From NCBI GenBank assembly GCA_964250815.1, contig CAXUIQ010000001.1, positions 1 to 48,111 of the forward strand: a stretch of 48,111 nucleotides of DNA, read 5' to 3'. The DNA is from an uncultured Acetobacteraceae bacterium (GTDB lineage: Bacteria; Pseudomonadota; Alphaproteobacteria; Acetobacterales; Acetobacteraceae). The notes below the pieces were generated by a model. That model saw only the letters and a program-made list of their open reading frames with translations, made no database searches and was not told the origin of the DNA. Made by a program: the position numbers and the translations under genes. This document shows, one piece after another, positions 27,578-37,859 of the stretch (position 1 is the first letter of the stretch; the number at the start of each line of letters is the position of its first letter).

Positions 27578-29236
27578 TCATTCTGCCTGCTGCGCGTGGA
27601 CGCGCTCCGCAGAACGGTGCCTAAGCCCGGCGGCGGCACGGCCGGGCAGCAGCGGCCGCGGCGAGGCCGGCCCGTGCGGCGCCGGGCGCAGCAGGGCCAC
27701 CAGCACCAGCGCAAGCGCGATCACCGCGGCGACCAGCAGAAAGCCATCGACAAAGCTTTGCACGTTGGCCTGCGTGCGGATCGCGTTCGACAGCATCCCA
27801 AGGGACCGCGCGTTGGCCTCCGCCGCGCCGGTTGACCGGGAAAGCTGGGAGCCGGCGTAGGCCCGCAGCCGCTCCTGGGTCAGCAGGTCCCCGGCTTCCA
27901 CGTTCAGGCCGATCAGTTGGCTCGCCACCTGCTCGCGCACCCGGAGCCAGGTTGACATGGCCGCGGTGCCCAGCTCGCCTCCGAACAGCCGCGCGGTCTG
28001 CAACAGCGCGCCGAAGGATAGCGCGTCGGCGGGCTTGAGGTGCAGCACGGAAAAGAAGATGAGCGAACTCATCGCAAGCGTCTGCCCCACCGCCTGCAGC
28101 CCTTGCGTGGGCAGGAACGTGACCGCCACCCAGTCCCGGGTGAGGCCGTGCGACACCAGGTAACAAGCGGCGCCCACCAGCATGAAGCCCACGGCGATGC
28201 CGGTCCGCGCGTCAACCCGGCGCAGGAACACGCCGACCAGCGGGGCGATCAGCAACTGCGGCGCCGCGATGGCCAGCAGCGCCAGTCCCGTCTGCTCGGT
28301 GCGCAGGCCCTGCACCGTGGACAGGAACTGCGGCACCAGCAGCGCCGTGGACAGGATGGCCAGCCGCAGCGTCGCCAGCAGCGCCATGATCGGCGGGTTC
28401 GGGTATCGCAAAACGAAGCCGAGGTCGATCCAGGGGTGCGGCGCCCGCCACTCGTGCAACACGAACGCCAGCACGAGCAGCCCGCCGCCTGCGAGCAGGC
28501 CCACGACCAGCCCCGATCCCGTCCAGTCCAGCCGGTTGCCCTGGTCCAGCGCGGCATAGACCATCGCAAGCCCGGCGGAGAACGACGCCAGCCCGAACCA
28601 GTCGGCCCGGCGCAGCAACGGCCACTCGACCGGCCCCTTCGGGATGCCGAGGTGGACGCAGGCCGCCATCAGCACGGCGAGCGGCACGCTTTGCCAGAAG
28701 ATCCAGCGCCAGGACAGGTGCTCGATATACCAGCCCTCGAGCGAGGCCGAGATGTTGAGCGACAGTTCCAGGTTGAGCGCGTAGGCGGCGATCCCGTACG
28801 CCCAGTAATGCGGCGGAAGGTTGCGCAGCACGAAGGAGATCGTCAGCGGGATGAACGTCCCGGAGGCCAGCCCCGCCACCGCCTGGCAGGCGAGAAGCGT
28901 CGGCAGGTTCGGCGAGAACGGCAACGCCAGGGAGGCGGCGGCAAAAACCGGGCAGGCCACCACCAGCACCCGGCGCGGCCCGAACACCGTGGCGAGCCAC
29001 ACCGACACCGGGCCGACCAGCATCTGCGCGCAGGTTTGCGCGGTGGTGATCCAAGCCCCTTCGTCGAACCCGGCGCCCACCGCGCCGCGGACATCGGCCA
29101 GGCCGAAGGTGGACAGCCGGCCCGTGACCGTCGAGATGAAGGCGCCGCACAGCACGGCGGCGATGCCGACCCAGGGCCGGGTCGAGAGCGCCGGGGCCGG
29201 TGCGGCGGGCGCGGGAGGGGGTGCCGCGCCGCTCAT
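27578..29236 (-). CDS. MFS drug efflux permease, DHA2 (EmrB/QacA-like)
   Basis: 552 aa with about 14 TM segments; DEGAWITTA, LSWRWIFW and LDQGNRLDW motifs. Confidence 0.9.
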   Translation of the reverse strand: MSGAAPPPAPAAPAPALSTRPWVGIAAVLCGAFISTVTGRLSTFGLADVRGAVGAGFDEGAWITTAQTCAQMLVGPVSVWLATVFGPRRVLVVACPVFAAASLALPFSPNLPTLLACQAVAGLASGTFIPLTISFVLRNLPPHYWAYGIAAYALNLELSLNISASLEGWYIEHLSWRWIFWQSVPLAVLMAACVHLGIPKGPVEWPLLRRADWFGLASFSAGLAMVYAALDQGNRLDWTGSGLVVGLLAGGGLLVLAFVLHEWRAPHPWIDLGFVLRYPNPPIMALLATLRLAILSTALLVPQFLSTVQGLRTEQTGLALLAIAAPQLLIAPLVGVFLRRVDARTGIAVGFMLVGAACYLVSHGLTRDWVAVTFLPTQGLQAVGQTLAMSSLIFFSVLHLKPADALSFGALLQTARLFGGELGTAAMSTWLRVREQVASQLIGLNVEAGDLLTQERLRAYAGSQLSRSTGAAEANARSLGMLSNAIRTQANVQSFVDGFLLVAAVIALALVLVALLRPAPHGPASPRPLLPGRAAAGLRHRSAERVHAQQAE

Positions 29237-29243
29237 CGCCGCC

Positions 29244-30401
29244 TCATTGCCCCCGTGCTTGGGCCGGCTGGGTCTGGACCGACGCCAGGACGCTCATGCC
29301 GGGCCGCAGCCGGCCGGCGATGTCGCCCGCGTCGTCCAGCGTGATCTTCACCGGGATGCGCTGCACCACCTTGGTGAAGTTGCCGGTGGCGTTGTCGGCC
29401 GGCAGCAGCGAGAACTGGCCTCCCGAGGCCGGGGAGAACCCTTCCACGCGGCCAAGCAGCACGCGGCCCGGGAAGCTGTCCACCTTCACCGTCGCCGGCT
29501 GGCCTGGCGCCATGTTGGTGATCTGGGTTTCCTTGTAGTTAGCGATCACCCAGACGTTCGGCAGCGGCACCACCGTCACCACCTGCGTGCCAAGCGCGAC
29601 GTACTGGCCGGCCCGCACCTGGCGCTGCCCGACCACGCCGTCCGCCGGGGCGGTGATCCGCGTGTAGGCCAGGTTGATCTTCGCCAGCTCAAGCAACGCC
29701 CTCTGCGCGTCGCGCGTGGCCTCAGCCTGCTTGGTCTGGGCCTCCAGGACGCCCATCTGGGCGAACGCGGCCTGGACTTCGGCGCGGCTGCGCTCCACGT
29801 TGGCTTGGTCGCCTTGCATCGCCGCGTCGGCCTGTTCCACCCGCTGCCGGGTGCCGGCGACGCCGGTGGCGAGCAGGTTGTTCTGCCGGTCTGCTTCCGC
29901 CTTGTCGCGCTTCATCGCGGCGTCGGCCGCCTCGACCGTGGCCCCGGCGGCGGCGATGTTGGCGTCCTGTAGCTTGCGTTGCGCCTGGAGGTTCGCGAGC
30001 TGCGCCTCCGCCCCCGCCAGGTTGGCTTCCGCCTGCTGCACCTGGGCGCGGTAGTCGTCATCGACGATCTCGGCCAGCACTTCGCCCTGGCGGACGGTTT
30101 GGAAGTCCTGGATCGGCACGGAGCGGACGACGCCGGAAACGCGGGCGCTCATCGGCGTGAGGTCGGCGGCGAGGTAGGCGTCGTTCGTGCTCTGCACCGC
30201 GGCGGCGCCGGTCCATGCGCCCCAGTTGGTGGCGAGGACCCACGCCAGCACGGCCGCGCCCGCCAGCACGGCGAGGCGCAGCACCACGCCCGGCCAAGCG
30301 CTGCGAAGCGGGGCCGACCCGGACGCGGACGGGGGTGCCGGAGCCACAGGTGCCGCCGCGCTCCCGCCCGCACCGGCCGTGCTTTCCCGCAGTTCGCTCA
30401 C
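29244..30401 (-). CDS. HlyD-family membrane fusion protein (EmrA-like)
   Basis: N-terminal TM; STNDAY, ITAPADGVV, WVIANYKETQ and LLPADNATGNFTKVVQRIPV; GTG start after AAGGAGG. Confidence 0.93.
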   Translation of the reverse strand: MSELRESTAGAGGSAAAPVAPAPPSASGSAPLRSAWPGVVLRLAVLAGAAVLAWVLATNWGAWTGAAAVQSTNDAYLAADLTPMSARVSGVVRSVPIQDFQTVRQGEVLAEIVDDDYRAQVQQAEANLAGAEAQLANLQAQRKLQDANIAAAGATVEAADAAMKRDKAEADRQNNLLATGVAGTRQRVEQADAAMQGDQANVERSRAEVQAAFAQMGVLEAQTKQAEATRDAQRALLELAKINLAYTRITAPADGVVGQRQVRAGQYVALGTQVVTVVPLPNVWVIANYKETQITNMAPGQPATVKVDSFPGRVLLGRVEGFSPASGGQFSLLPADNATGNFTKVVQRIPVKITLDDAGDIAGRLRPGMSVLASVQTQPAQARGQ

Positions 30402-30471
30402 TGGCCGCCCCTCCTTGTCTCACCGGAAACGCTTCTCCCGCGCCGACGCGGCGCAGCCCGCCCGCTTGCGC

Positions 30472-32244
30472 TCACGCCTCCGCCAGCACCTGATGGACGG
30501 AGGACACCACGACCGAGCCTTCGCCCACGGCGGACGCCACGCGCTTCACGGAGCCTGCGCGCACGTCGCCGACCGCGAAGATGCCGGGCTTGCTGGTTTC
30601 CAAGACGTGCGGCGGGCGCCCGGACCATCGGGGGTCGGCGGGGTCCGGCCCGGCCTCCGCTCCCACCTGCACGAAGCCGCCCTTGTCCAGCGCGACCCCG
30701 CAGCCGCCGAGCCAGCCGGTGTTCGGCACCGCGCCCAGCATCAGGAATACGTTGTGGATCGGGCGCCGCTCCACCGCGCCCGTGCCCCGGTGGGTCCACT
30801 CGACCCCGTCCAGGTGCCGCTCGCCGATCAACGCCGTGACCTCCGTCTCCGTGTGCAGGGTGATCCGGTCCGATGCCTCGATCCGGCCCACCAGGTAGTC
30901 CGACATGCTGGCCGCCAAGCCCGTGCCGCGCACCAGGATGTGGACGTGCGCGGCGTGGCGCGACAGGAACACCGCCGCCTGGCCGGCCGAGTTGCCGCCG
31001 CCGACCACGACAACCTCCTCCCGCTCGCACAGGCCCGCCTCGATGGCGGTGGCCGCCCAATGGATGCCGTTGCCGCCGGAGAAGCGGTCGAAGCCCGGCA
31101 GGTCCAGCGTGCGGTAGCTGGCGCCCGTCGCGATCACCACCGCCCGCGCCCGCACGGCCGAGCCGTCGTCCAGGTGCAGCGCATAGGGCCGGGCCGCGCA
31201 GTCCAGCCGCACCACGCTGCGGGGCACGGCGATGCGCGCGCCGAACTTCTGCGCCTGCACCTGCGCGCGGCCCGCGAGCGCGCCGCCCGAGATGCCGGTG
31301 GGAAAGCCCAGGTAGTTCTCGATCCGGCTGCTGGTGGCCGCCTGGCCGCCGGGCGCTTCCGCCTCCAGCACCACCGTGCCCAGGCCCTCGCTTGCCGCAT
31401 ACACGGCAGAGGCCAGCCCCGCAGGTCCCGCGCCCACCACCGCCACGTCGAACACCCGGTCCGGCTCCAGCGTTTCCGTGAGGCCCAGGCACCCGCCCAG
31501 CGCCGCGTTGCCGGGGCGCTTCAGCACCCGGCCCGGGCCGCAGACCACCACCGGCACGTCGTCCGGGCCGTAGCCGTGCGCGAGGAGCACGGCGCGCGCC
31601 TCGTCGCCCTCCGCGCCGGGCTTGTCGATGTCGAGCACGCGCACCGGGTAGCCGTTGCGGCCCAGGAAGCGCTGGATGCGCAAGCTGTCGCCCACGCCCT
31701 CGTGCCGGGACGCGACCAGGGTGACGCCGGCCTGGCCGTGCTCGATGAAGCCGACCCGGCGCAGGATGAAGGCGCGCATCACCACTTCGCCGATGTCCGG
31801 CTCGGCGGCGAGCAGGCGGCGGAAGCCGGCGCGGCTGACGCGGAGCACCCGGCCGCCCTCCGCGCCGGTGCGCCCGCCCACCAGGATCAGCCGGTCGTTG
31901 AACAGGTCCAGCTCGCCGGTGAACTGCTGCCCGGCATGGACGGTGATCACCCGGTCGCCGCCGTCCGGCGCCGGCTCGTAGATCTCGATCCGGCCGTGCA
32001 GCACGACGAAGAAGTCCACCGTGCGGTCGCCGCGCTGGAACAGCACCGTGCCCGGGGCCAGGTCCTCGACGGTCCCGAACGCCTGGGCGCGACCGATCTG
32101 CTCGGGCGTCAGCCGCGGAAAGGTCTGCGCTTCCCGGAGATAGGGGTCGGATGGGTTGGCGGTCGCCGCAACCGTGTCCGCCGAAGCCGCGTCGGCCGCG
32201 CCCGTGTCCATGATCGCGGCAGGCTGGGTGTCCGTGTCGTCCAT
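30472..32244 (-). CDS. cNMP-binding-domain / thioredoxin-reductase-like FAD oxidoreductase
   Basis: N-terminal cNMP domain (LFQRGD..FFVVLHGRIEI..FTGE); FAD motif VVGAGPAG, SSRIENYLGFP, NADPH motif VGGGNSAGQ and GDVRAGSVKRVASAVGEG; ATG 32244 after AAGGA. Confidence 0.88.
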   Translation of the reverse strand: MDDTDTQPAAIMDTGAADAASADTVAATANPSDPYLREAQTFPRLTPEQIGRAQAFGTVEDLAPGTVLFQRGDRTVDFFVVLHGRIEIYEPAPDGGDRVITVHAGQQFTGELDLFNDRLILVGGRTGAEGGRVLRVSRAGFRRLLAAEPDIGEVVMRAFILRRVGFIEHGQAGVTLVASRHEGVGDSLRIQRFLGRNGYPVRVLDIDKPGAEGDEARAVLLAHGYGPDDVPVVVCGPGRVLKRPGNAALGGCLGLTETLEPDRVFDVAVVGAGPAGLASAVYAASEGLGTVVLEAEAPGGQAATSSRIENYLGFPTGISGGALAGRAQVQAQKFGARIAVPRSVVRLDCAARPYALHLDDGSAVRARAVVIATGASYRTLDLPGFDRFSGGNGIHWAATAIEAGLCEREEVVVVGGGNSAGQAAVFLSRHAAHVHILVRGTGLAASMSDYLVGRIEASDRITLHTETEVTALIGERHLDGVEWTHRGTGAVERRPIHNVFLMLGAVPNTGWLGGCGVALDKGGFVQVGAEAGPDPADPRWSGRPPHVLETSKPGIFAVGDVRAGSVKRVASAVGEGSVVVSSVHQVLAEA

Positions 32245-32378
32245 GTCCGTCCTTCTGCTCCAAGCGCTTGCCGCCTGCGCCGCCGCCAACATTGGGGGGT
32301 TGCAGGCGGCGGCGCCAGGGTGGAAGGCTCAGGCCCGGACAAGCAACCGGGTGTCCGTGACGTTTCGCGCAGCGGCCC

Positions 32379-34247
32379 CTATGGCCGCCACGTCCCGTTG
32401 CCCCCGCCGCCGGACAGCTCGCGGTCAAGATAGAACGCGGCGGAGATGAGGGCCAGGTGGGTCAGCGCCTGCGGCGTGTTGCCGAGCTGCTCGCCCGATG
32501 GCCCGATCTCCTCCGAGAACAGGCCGAGGTGGTTGGCGTGGCCCAGCATCCGCTCGAACACCAGCCGTGCCTCCGCAAGCCGCCCGGCCCGGGCCAGGCA
32601 CTCGGCATACCAGAAGGAGCAGGCGGTGAACGCCCCCTCCTGCCCGGCCAGGCCGTCCGGCACCCGGTAGCGGAACACGAGCGCATCCTCCGCCAGCTCC
32701 CGCTTGATCGCGTCCAAGGTCGCCAGCCAGCGCGGGTCGGTGGCGGACACGAAACGCACCAGCGGCAGCAGCAGCATGGCCCCGTCCAGGTGCGTGCCGT
32801 CCTTCGCCGCGACGAAGTGGCCGCGCTCCTCGTCCCAGAACTCGTCCCACACGCTCGCATGGATCGCGTCCCGCGCCTCGTGCCAGCGCACCAGCGGCGC
32901 AGGGAGCGAGCGCTTCTGCGCCAGGCGCATCGCCCGGTCCACCGCCACCCAGCACATCACCCGGCTGTGCAGCCAGTGCCGGGCCGGGCCGCGCATTTCC
33001 CAGATGCCCTGGTCCGGATCGCCCCAATGCTCGCACACGTAGTCCACGGTGCGGACCGCGTGCCGCCAACCTTCGCTGCTGATCGCCTCGCCGTACTTGT
33101 TGGCGAGGTACACGGCATCCAGCAGCTCGCCGTAGATGTCGAGCTGCACCTGGGTGTGCGCCGCGTTGCCGATGCGCACGGGCGCCGCGCCCCCGTAGCC
33201 GCGCAGGTGCGAAAGTTCCGACTCGTCCAGGCGCTCGCGCCCGTCCACGCCGTACATGATCTGGATGGCCCCGTCCGCGCCGCAGCGCTTGGCGCGGGCG
33301 CCCACCCAGCGCATGAAGGCGTTGGCCTCGTCCGCAAAGCCCAGCCGCATGAAGGCATACACCGTGAACGACGCATCCCGGATCCAGGCCGCCCGGTAGT
33401 CCCAGTTCCGCCCGCCGCCCGGCGCTTCCGGCAGGCCGAAGGTCGCAGCCGCCACCACCGAGCCGTGCCGGCGCGAGGTCAGCAGCTTGAGCGCCAGCGC
33501 CGAGCGCGTCACCATTTCGCGCCAGCGCCCCTTGTAGTTGGAGCGCGCGGCCCAGCCGTGCCAATGGGCGACGCAGGCCCGGAACAGCGCCTCCGGGTCG
33601 GGCGGCGACGCTTCCGCCGCGTCCCCCAGCACGAAGTCGGCGCACTCCCCGGCGCGCAGCGTGAACTCGGCCACCGCCGCGTCGCCGTCCGAGCCAGGCT
33701 CGACAGCCAGGGGCACGGTGCCCCACAGCCGCAGCGCCGGGCCATTTTCGCCGTGGAACACGACGCCTCCATCCGCGGCCTCGGCCCGTGTCTTGGCCCG
33801 CGCGTAATCCAGGCGCGGGGCGCAGCGCAGGGCGAAGCGCACCTCGCCCCGGGCCACGCGCACCCGGCGCACCAGGCGCGGCGTGCCGTCCGGCTCGGGG
33901 AAGGGCATGAAGTCCGCCACCTCGCCCACGCCGGCCGGCGCCGGGAAGCGGGTCAGCAGCACGTTTGTGTCGGGCAAGTACATCTGCCGCCGCCGCGCCC
34001 CGTCCAGCGCCGGCGCAATGCTCCACGCGCCGCCCCGCTCCGGGTCGAGCAGGGCCGCGAACACGCTCGGGCCGTCGAAGCCGGGCCAGCACAGGAAGTC
34101 CACCGTGCCGTCGCCCGCCACCAGCGCCGCCGTGCCCTGGTCGCCGATCACGCCATGCGCCTCGATGGGTTGAGGAGCGGGAGGGTGGAGCGCGGCCGGC
34201 GCGCTCCCCGCTTCCGTCTTCTCCGCACGTGTCGAACCCTCCGGCAT
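32379..34247 (-). CDS. GH15 glycoside hydrolase (trehalase/glucoamylase-like)
   Basis: HGVIGD..TAALV, LPE..GG.RNWDYR..WIRD, QLDIYGE, GIWEMR, EGAF..CSFW and LFSEE...LGNTPQALTH. Confidence 0.93.
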   Translation of the reverse strand: MPEGSTRAEKTEAGSAPAALHPPAPQPIEAHGVIGDQGTAALVAGDGTVDFLCWPGFDGPSVFAALLDPERGGAWSIAPALDGARRRQMYLPDTNVLLTRFPAPAGVGEVADFMPFPEPDGTPRLVRRVRVARGEVRFALRCAPRLDYARAKTRAEAADGGVVFHGENGPALRLWGTVPLAVEPGSDGDAAVAEFTLRAGECADFVLGDAAEASPPDPEALFRACVAHWHGWAARSNYKGRWREMVTRSALALKLLTSRRHGSVVAAATFGLPEAPGGGRNWDYRAAWIRDASFTVYAFMRLGFADEANAFMRWVGARAKRCGADGAIQIMYGVDGRERLDESELSHLRGYGGAAPVRIGNAAHTQVQLDIYGELLDAVYLANKYGEAISSEGWRHAVRTVDYVCEHWGDPDQGIWEMRGPARHWLHSRVMCWVAVDRAMRLAQKRSLPAPLVRWHEARDAIHASVWDEFWDEERGHFVAAKDGTHLDGAMLLLPLVRFVSATDPRWLATLDAIKRELAEDALVFRYRVPDGLAGQEGAFTACSFWYAECLARAGRLAEARLVFERMLGHANHLGLFSEEIGPSGEQLGNTPQALTHLALISAAFYLDRELSGGGGNGTWRP

Positions 34248-34452
34248 CAATCAATCCCCCGTTCCGCGGTCGGCCCGCCATCCACCGCCGAAGCCTCGCC
34301 GACGCCGGCGGGCCCTGGACCTGCATGGCTGACCGTTTCTGGGCAGATGGCTTTGGAATGCCGTTCGGCTATAGGCCCCGAACGGCCGCCTGGTTGCAGC
34401 GCCGGCTGTCCTGGCCGCCGGCTTCCCGTGCCGCGGCGGCCTCACGGGACCA

Positions 34453-35160
34453 TCAGGCTGCTTCCTGCCACGGCCTCACGGAGAACAGGCGGTCGGAGAT
34501 GGCGTCGCGGGTCTCGGCGTCGTGCACGATGCCGAGGATGGCGGCGCCGCGGGCCTTGGCGGCCCGCACCATGCCGACCACCACGTCCCGGTTGCGCGGG
34601 TCGAGCGACGCCGTCGGCTCGTCCAGCAATAGCACGGGGTGGCCGCCGATGAAGCCGCGGGCCAGGTTGACCCGCTGCTGCTCGCCGCCGGAGAAGGTGG
34701 CGGGCGGCAGGCCGTGCAGGCGCTCCGGCACGTTCAAGCGCAGCAGCATCGCCCGCGCCTTGGCCCGCGCGTCCTCCGCGCCGGCGCCGCGCGCCGTCAG
34801 CGCCTCCGCCACGATGTGCAGCGCCGGCACGCGGGGCACCACGCGCAGGAACTGGCTGACATAGCCCAGCGTGTCCCGCCTTACCTCCAGCACCGTCCGC
34901 GGCCCGGCCGCCGCCAGGTCCAGCCATGCGCCGCGGTGGCGGACGAGGATGCTGCCGCCCTCTGCCCGGTAGTTGCCGTAGAGCGTCCGCAGCAGGGTCG
35001 ATTTCCCTGCGCCCGAGGGTCCCGACAGCACCACGCACTCCCCCGCCCGCAGCTCCAGCGCCACCCCGTCCAGCACGGGGATGCGGACGCCGCCTTGCAG
35101 GTGGAGCGTGAACGACTTGCCCACCCCCTCGGTCCGCAGCATGGTCTCCCCCGCGCTCAT
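34453..35160 (-). CDS. phnL: C-P lyase system protein PhnL
   Basis: KSFTLHLQGG, GPSGAGKST, YVSQFLRVVPRV and PPATFSGGEQQRVNLARGF. Confidence 0.95.
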   Translation of the reverse strand: MSAGETMLRTEGVGKSFTLHLQGGVRIPVLDGVALELRAGECVVLSGPSGAGKSTLLRTLYGNYRAEGGSILVRHRGAWLDLAAAGPRTVLEVRRDTLGYVSQFLRVVPRVPALHIVAEALTARGAGAEDARAKARAMLLRLNVPERLHGLPPATFSGGEQQRVNLARGFIGGHPVLLLDEPTASLDPRNRDVVVGMVRAAKARGAAILGIVHDAETRDAISDRLFSVRPWQEAA

Positions 35161-35957
35161 GCGTGCAGCACCGAGCTGACGAGCAACTGCGTGTAGGGGT
35201 GCTGCGGGTCGTCCAGCACCTGGTCGGTCAGCCCGGTCTCCACGACCCGCCCGGCCCGCATCACCACGATGCGCCCGGCGAGCAGCCGCGCCACCGCGAT
35301 GTCGTGCGTGACCAGCACCACCGCCACGCCCAGCCGCGCCACCAGGCCGCGGATCAGATCCAGCAGCCGGGCCTGCACCGACACGTCCAGCCCGCCGGTC
35401 GGCTCGTCCATGAACACCAGGCGTGGCTTCGTCACCAGCGTGCGCGCGATCTGCAGCCGCTGCAGCATCCCGCCCGAGAAGGTGCGGGGCAGGTCGTCCA
35501 CCCGGTCGGCCGCGATCTCCACCTGTTCAAGCCACTCGACCGCCGCCGCGCGGATGCCGCCGTAGTGCCGTGCGCCCTGCGCCATCAGGCGCTCGCCCAC
35601 GTTGCCGCCGGCGGACACGGCCATGCGCAGCGACTGCCGCGGGTCCTGGTGCACCGTGCCCCAGTCCGAGCGGTGCAGGGCGCGGAGCGCCGGGGCGGGC
35701 ATGCGGTGCACGTCACGCACGCGGCCGTCCGGGCCGCGGTAGGACACCACCCCGGTCTCCGGACGCACGGCGCCGGACAAGGCATTCAGCAAGGTCGTCT
35801 TGCCCGAACCGCTTTCCCCAACCACCGCGAGCACCTCGCCCGGGAACACATCCGCGTCCACCCCGTCAAGTGCCGCGATGCGCCCGAACGACAGATGCAG
35901 GCCGCGGGCCGAAAGCAGCGCGTCCGGGCCGCGCGAGAGTTGCGCGTCCGGACTCAT
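35157..35957 (-). CDS. phnK: C-P lyase system protein PhnK
   Basis: C-terminal part of ORF 35157..36848; GESGSGKTT, VSAGGNVGERLM, FSGGMLQRLQIAR and GLTDQVLDDPQHPYTQLLVSS. Confidence 0.95.
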   Translation of the reverse strand: MSPDAQLSRGPDALLSARGLHLSFGRIAALDGVDADVFPGEVLAVVGESGSGKTTLLNALSGAVRPETGVVSYRGPDGRVRDVHRMPAPALRALHRSDWGTVHQDPRQSLRMAVSAGGNVGERLMAQGARHYGGIRAAAVEWLEQVEIAADRVDDLPRTFSGGMLQRLQIARTLVTKPRLVFMDEPTGGLDVSVQARLLDLIRGLVARLGVAVVLVTHDIAVARLLAGRIVVMRAGRVVETGLTDQVLDDPQHPYTQLLVSSVLHA

Positions 35958-36793
35958 GCGGCGGCCCCGTCGGGCCGGCGGGACGCGCAGAAATCCGTGT
36001 CGGAACACACGAACATGCGCCCGCCGCGGTCGTCGGTCACGACCTCGTCCAGGTAGCTGTCGGAGGCGCCGCACAGCGCGCAGGCGTGCGGCGCGCGGGT
36101 CAGGCGGAACGGCTGGTCCTCGAAGTCCAGCGGCTTGACCGCCGTGTACGGCGGGATGGCGTAGATCCGCTTCTCCCGCCCGGCGCCGAACAGTTGCAGC
36201 GCCGCCATGCCGTCCATCTTCGGCGTGTCGAAGGCCGGGATCGGCGAGGGCGACATCAGGTGGCGGCCGTTCACCATCACCGGGTAGTCGTAGCTGATGG
36301 TCACGGCGCCGATCCGGGCGATGTCCTCGTAGAGCTTGACGTGCATCAGCCCGTACTCCGCAAGCGCGTGCATCCGCCGGGTTTCCGCGCGGGAAGGTTC
36401 CAGCTTGGCCAGCGGCTCGGGCATCGGCACCTGGTACACGATGATCTGGTCCTCGCGCAGCGGCGTCTCCGGGATGCGGTGCCGGGTTTGGATCACGCTG
36501 GCCTCGGCCGTGCGCGTGGTGGTGGAAACGCCGGCGGTGCGGGCGAAGAAGCGGCGGATGGACACGGCGTTGGTGGTGTCGTCGGCGCCCTGGTCGATCA
36601 CTTTCAGCACGTCCGCGCGGCCCAGGATGCTTGCGGTAACTTGGATGCCGCCGGTGCCCCAGCCGTAGGGAAGCGGCATCTCGCGCGAGCCGAACGGCAC
36701 CTGATGGCCGGGAACGGCCACCGCTTTCAGCAGCGCGCGGCGGATCATGCGCTTGGTCTGCTCGTCCAGGTAGGCGAAGTTGTAGCCGTTCAT
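35954..36793 (-). CDS. phnJ: C-P lyase radical SAM subunit PhnJ
   Basis: YNFAYLDEQTKRMIRR, REMPLPYGWGTGG and CALCG...FVCSDTDFC (all four conserved Cys present). Confidence 0.97.
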   Translation of the reverse strand: MNGYNFAYLDEQTKRMIRRALLKAVAVPGHQVPFGSREMPLPYGWGTGGIQVTASILGRADVLKVIDQGADDTTNAVSIRRFFARTAGVSTTTRTAEASVIQTRHRIPETPLREDQIIVYQVPMPEPLAKLEPSRAETRRMHALAEYGLMHVKLYEDIARIGAVTISYDYPVMVNGRHLMSPSPIPAFDTPKMDGMAALQLFGAGREKRIYAIPPYTAVKPLDFEDQPFRLTRAPHACALCGASDSYLDEVVTDDRGGRMFVCSDTDFCASRRPDGAAA

Positions 36794-37854
36794 GCCCCCG
36801 CCTCTGCGCGCAGGCGCCGGATCGTCTCAAGCTCGCTCTGGAAATCAACGTAGTGCGGCAGCTTCAGGTGTTCGACGAACCCCGTCGCCTCGATGTTGTC
36901 GCAGTGGGACAGCACGAACTCCACGTCCTGCGCCGGCGCCGTCACGTCCTCCCCCAGCTCGGCCGCCCGCATGGCGCGGTCCACCAGGGCCATGCCCATC
37001 GCCTTGCGCTCGCTGTGGCCGAAGCACAGGCCGTAGCCCCGGGTGAACTGCGGCGGCACCTGCTTGCTGCCGCGGAACTGGTTGACCATCTGGCACTCGG
37101 TCACGGTGATGTCGCCGATGTCCAAGGCGAAGCCCAGCTCCGGCACCTCGACCTCCACCGCGACCTCGCCCACCCGCAATTCGCCCACGAACGGGTGCGC
37201 GCCGCCGTAGCCGCGCTGGCTGGAATAGCCGAGCGCCAGCAGGAAGCCCTCGTCGCCGCGCGCCAGGCTTTGCAGGCGCATGTCGCGCCCGGCGGGAAAG
37301 GCGAGCGGCTCGCGGGTCAGGTCCCCGGGACGGTCGTCCTGCCCCGTTTCCGGCTCGATCAGGCCTTCCTGGCCCAGCAGGTCCATCACCGCAGGCATCG
37401 GCCCACCCGGCGCGGCGGTTCCGGCCTCGGCCACCGCGGCGCCGGGTTCGGCCAGGGCGAAGTCGAGCAGGCGGTGCGTGTAGTCGGTGGTGGGGCCGAG
37501 CACCTGGCCGCCCGGCATGTCCTTGAACACGGCGGAGACCCGGCGGCGCACCGCCATGGCGCCGGTCTCCACCGGGCGCGTGTCGGCGAAGCGGGGCAGG
37601 GTGGTGCGGTAGGCCCGCAGCAGGAACGCCGCCTCGATCAGGTCGCCCTGCGCCTGCTTGACGGCGAGCGCCGCGAGGGCCGGGTCGTAGCACGCGCCCT
37701 CCGCCATCACCCGGTCCACGGCGCGGCCCAACTGCCCGGCGATCTGCGCCGTCGCGAGTTCCGGGACCGCGGGATCGCCGCGCCGGTCCTCCGCCATCCA
37801 GGCATGGGCGGCGTCGATGGCGCGCTCGCCTCCCTTCACCGCGACGTAGGCCAT
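36790..37854 (-). CDS. phnI: C-P lyase core subunit PhnI
   Basis: MAYVAVKGGERAI start; AAFLLRAYRTTLPR, GQVLGPT.DYTHRLLDF and GFVEHLKLPHYVDFQ. Confidence 0.96.
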   Translation of the reverse strand: MAYVAVKGGERAIDAAHAWMAEDRRGDPAVPELATAQIAGQLGRAVDRVMAEGACYDPALAALAVKQAQGDLIEAAFLLRAYRTTLPRFADTRPVETGAMAVRRRVSAVFKDMPGGQVLGPTTDYTHRLLDFALAEPGAAVAEAGTAAPGGPMPAVMDLLGQEGLIEPETGQDDRPGDLTREPLAFPAGRDMRLQSLARGDEGFLLALGYSSQRGYGGAHPFVGELRVGEVAVEVEVPELGFALDIGDITVTECQMVNQFRGSKQVPPQFTRGYGLCFGHSERKAMGMALVDRAMRAAELGEDVTAPAQDVEFVLSHCDNIEATGFVEHLKLPHYVDFQSELETIRRLRAEAGA

Positions 37855-37859
37855 TCCCG

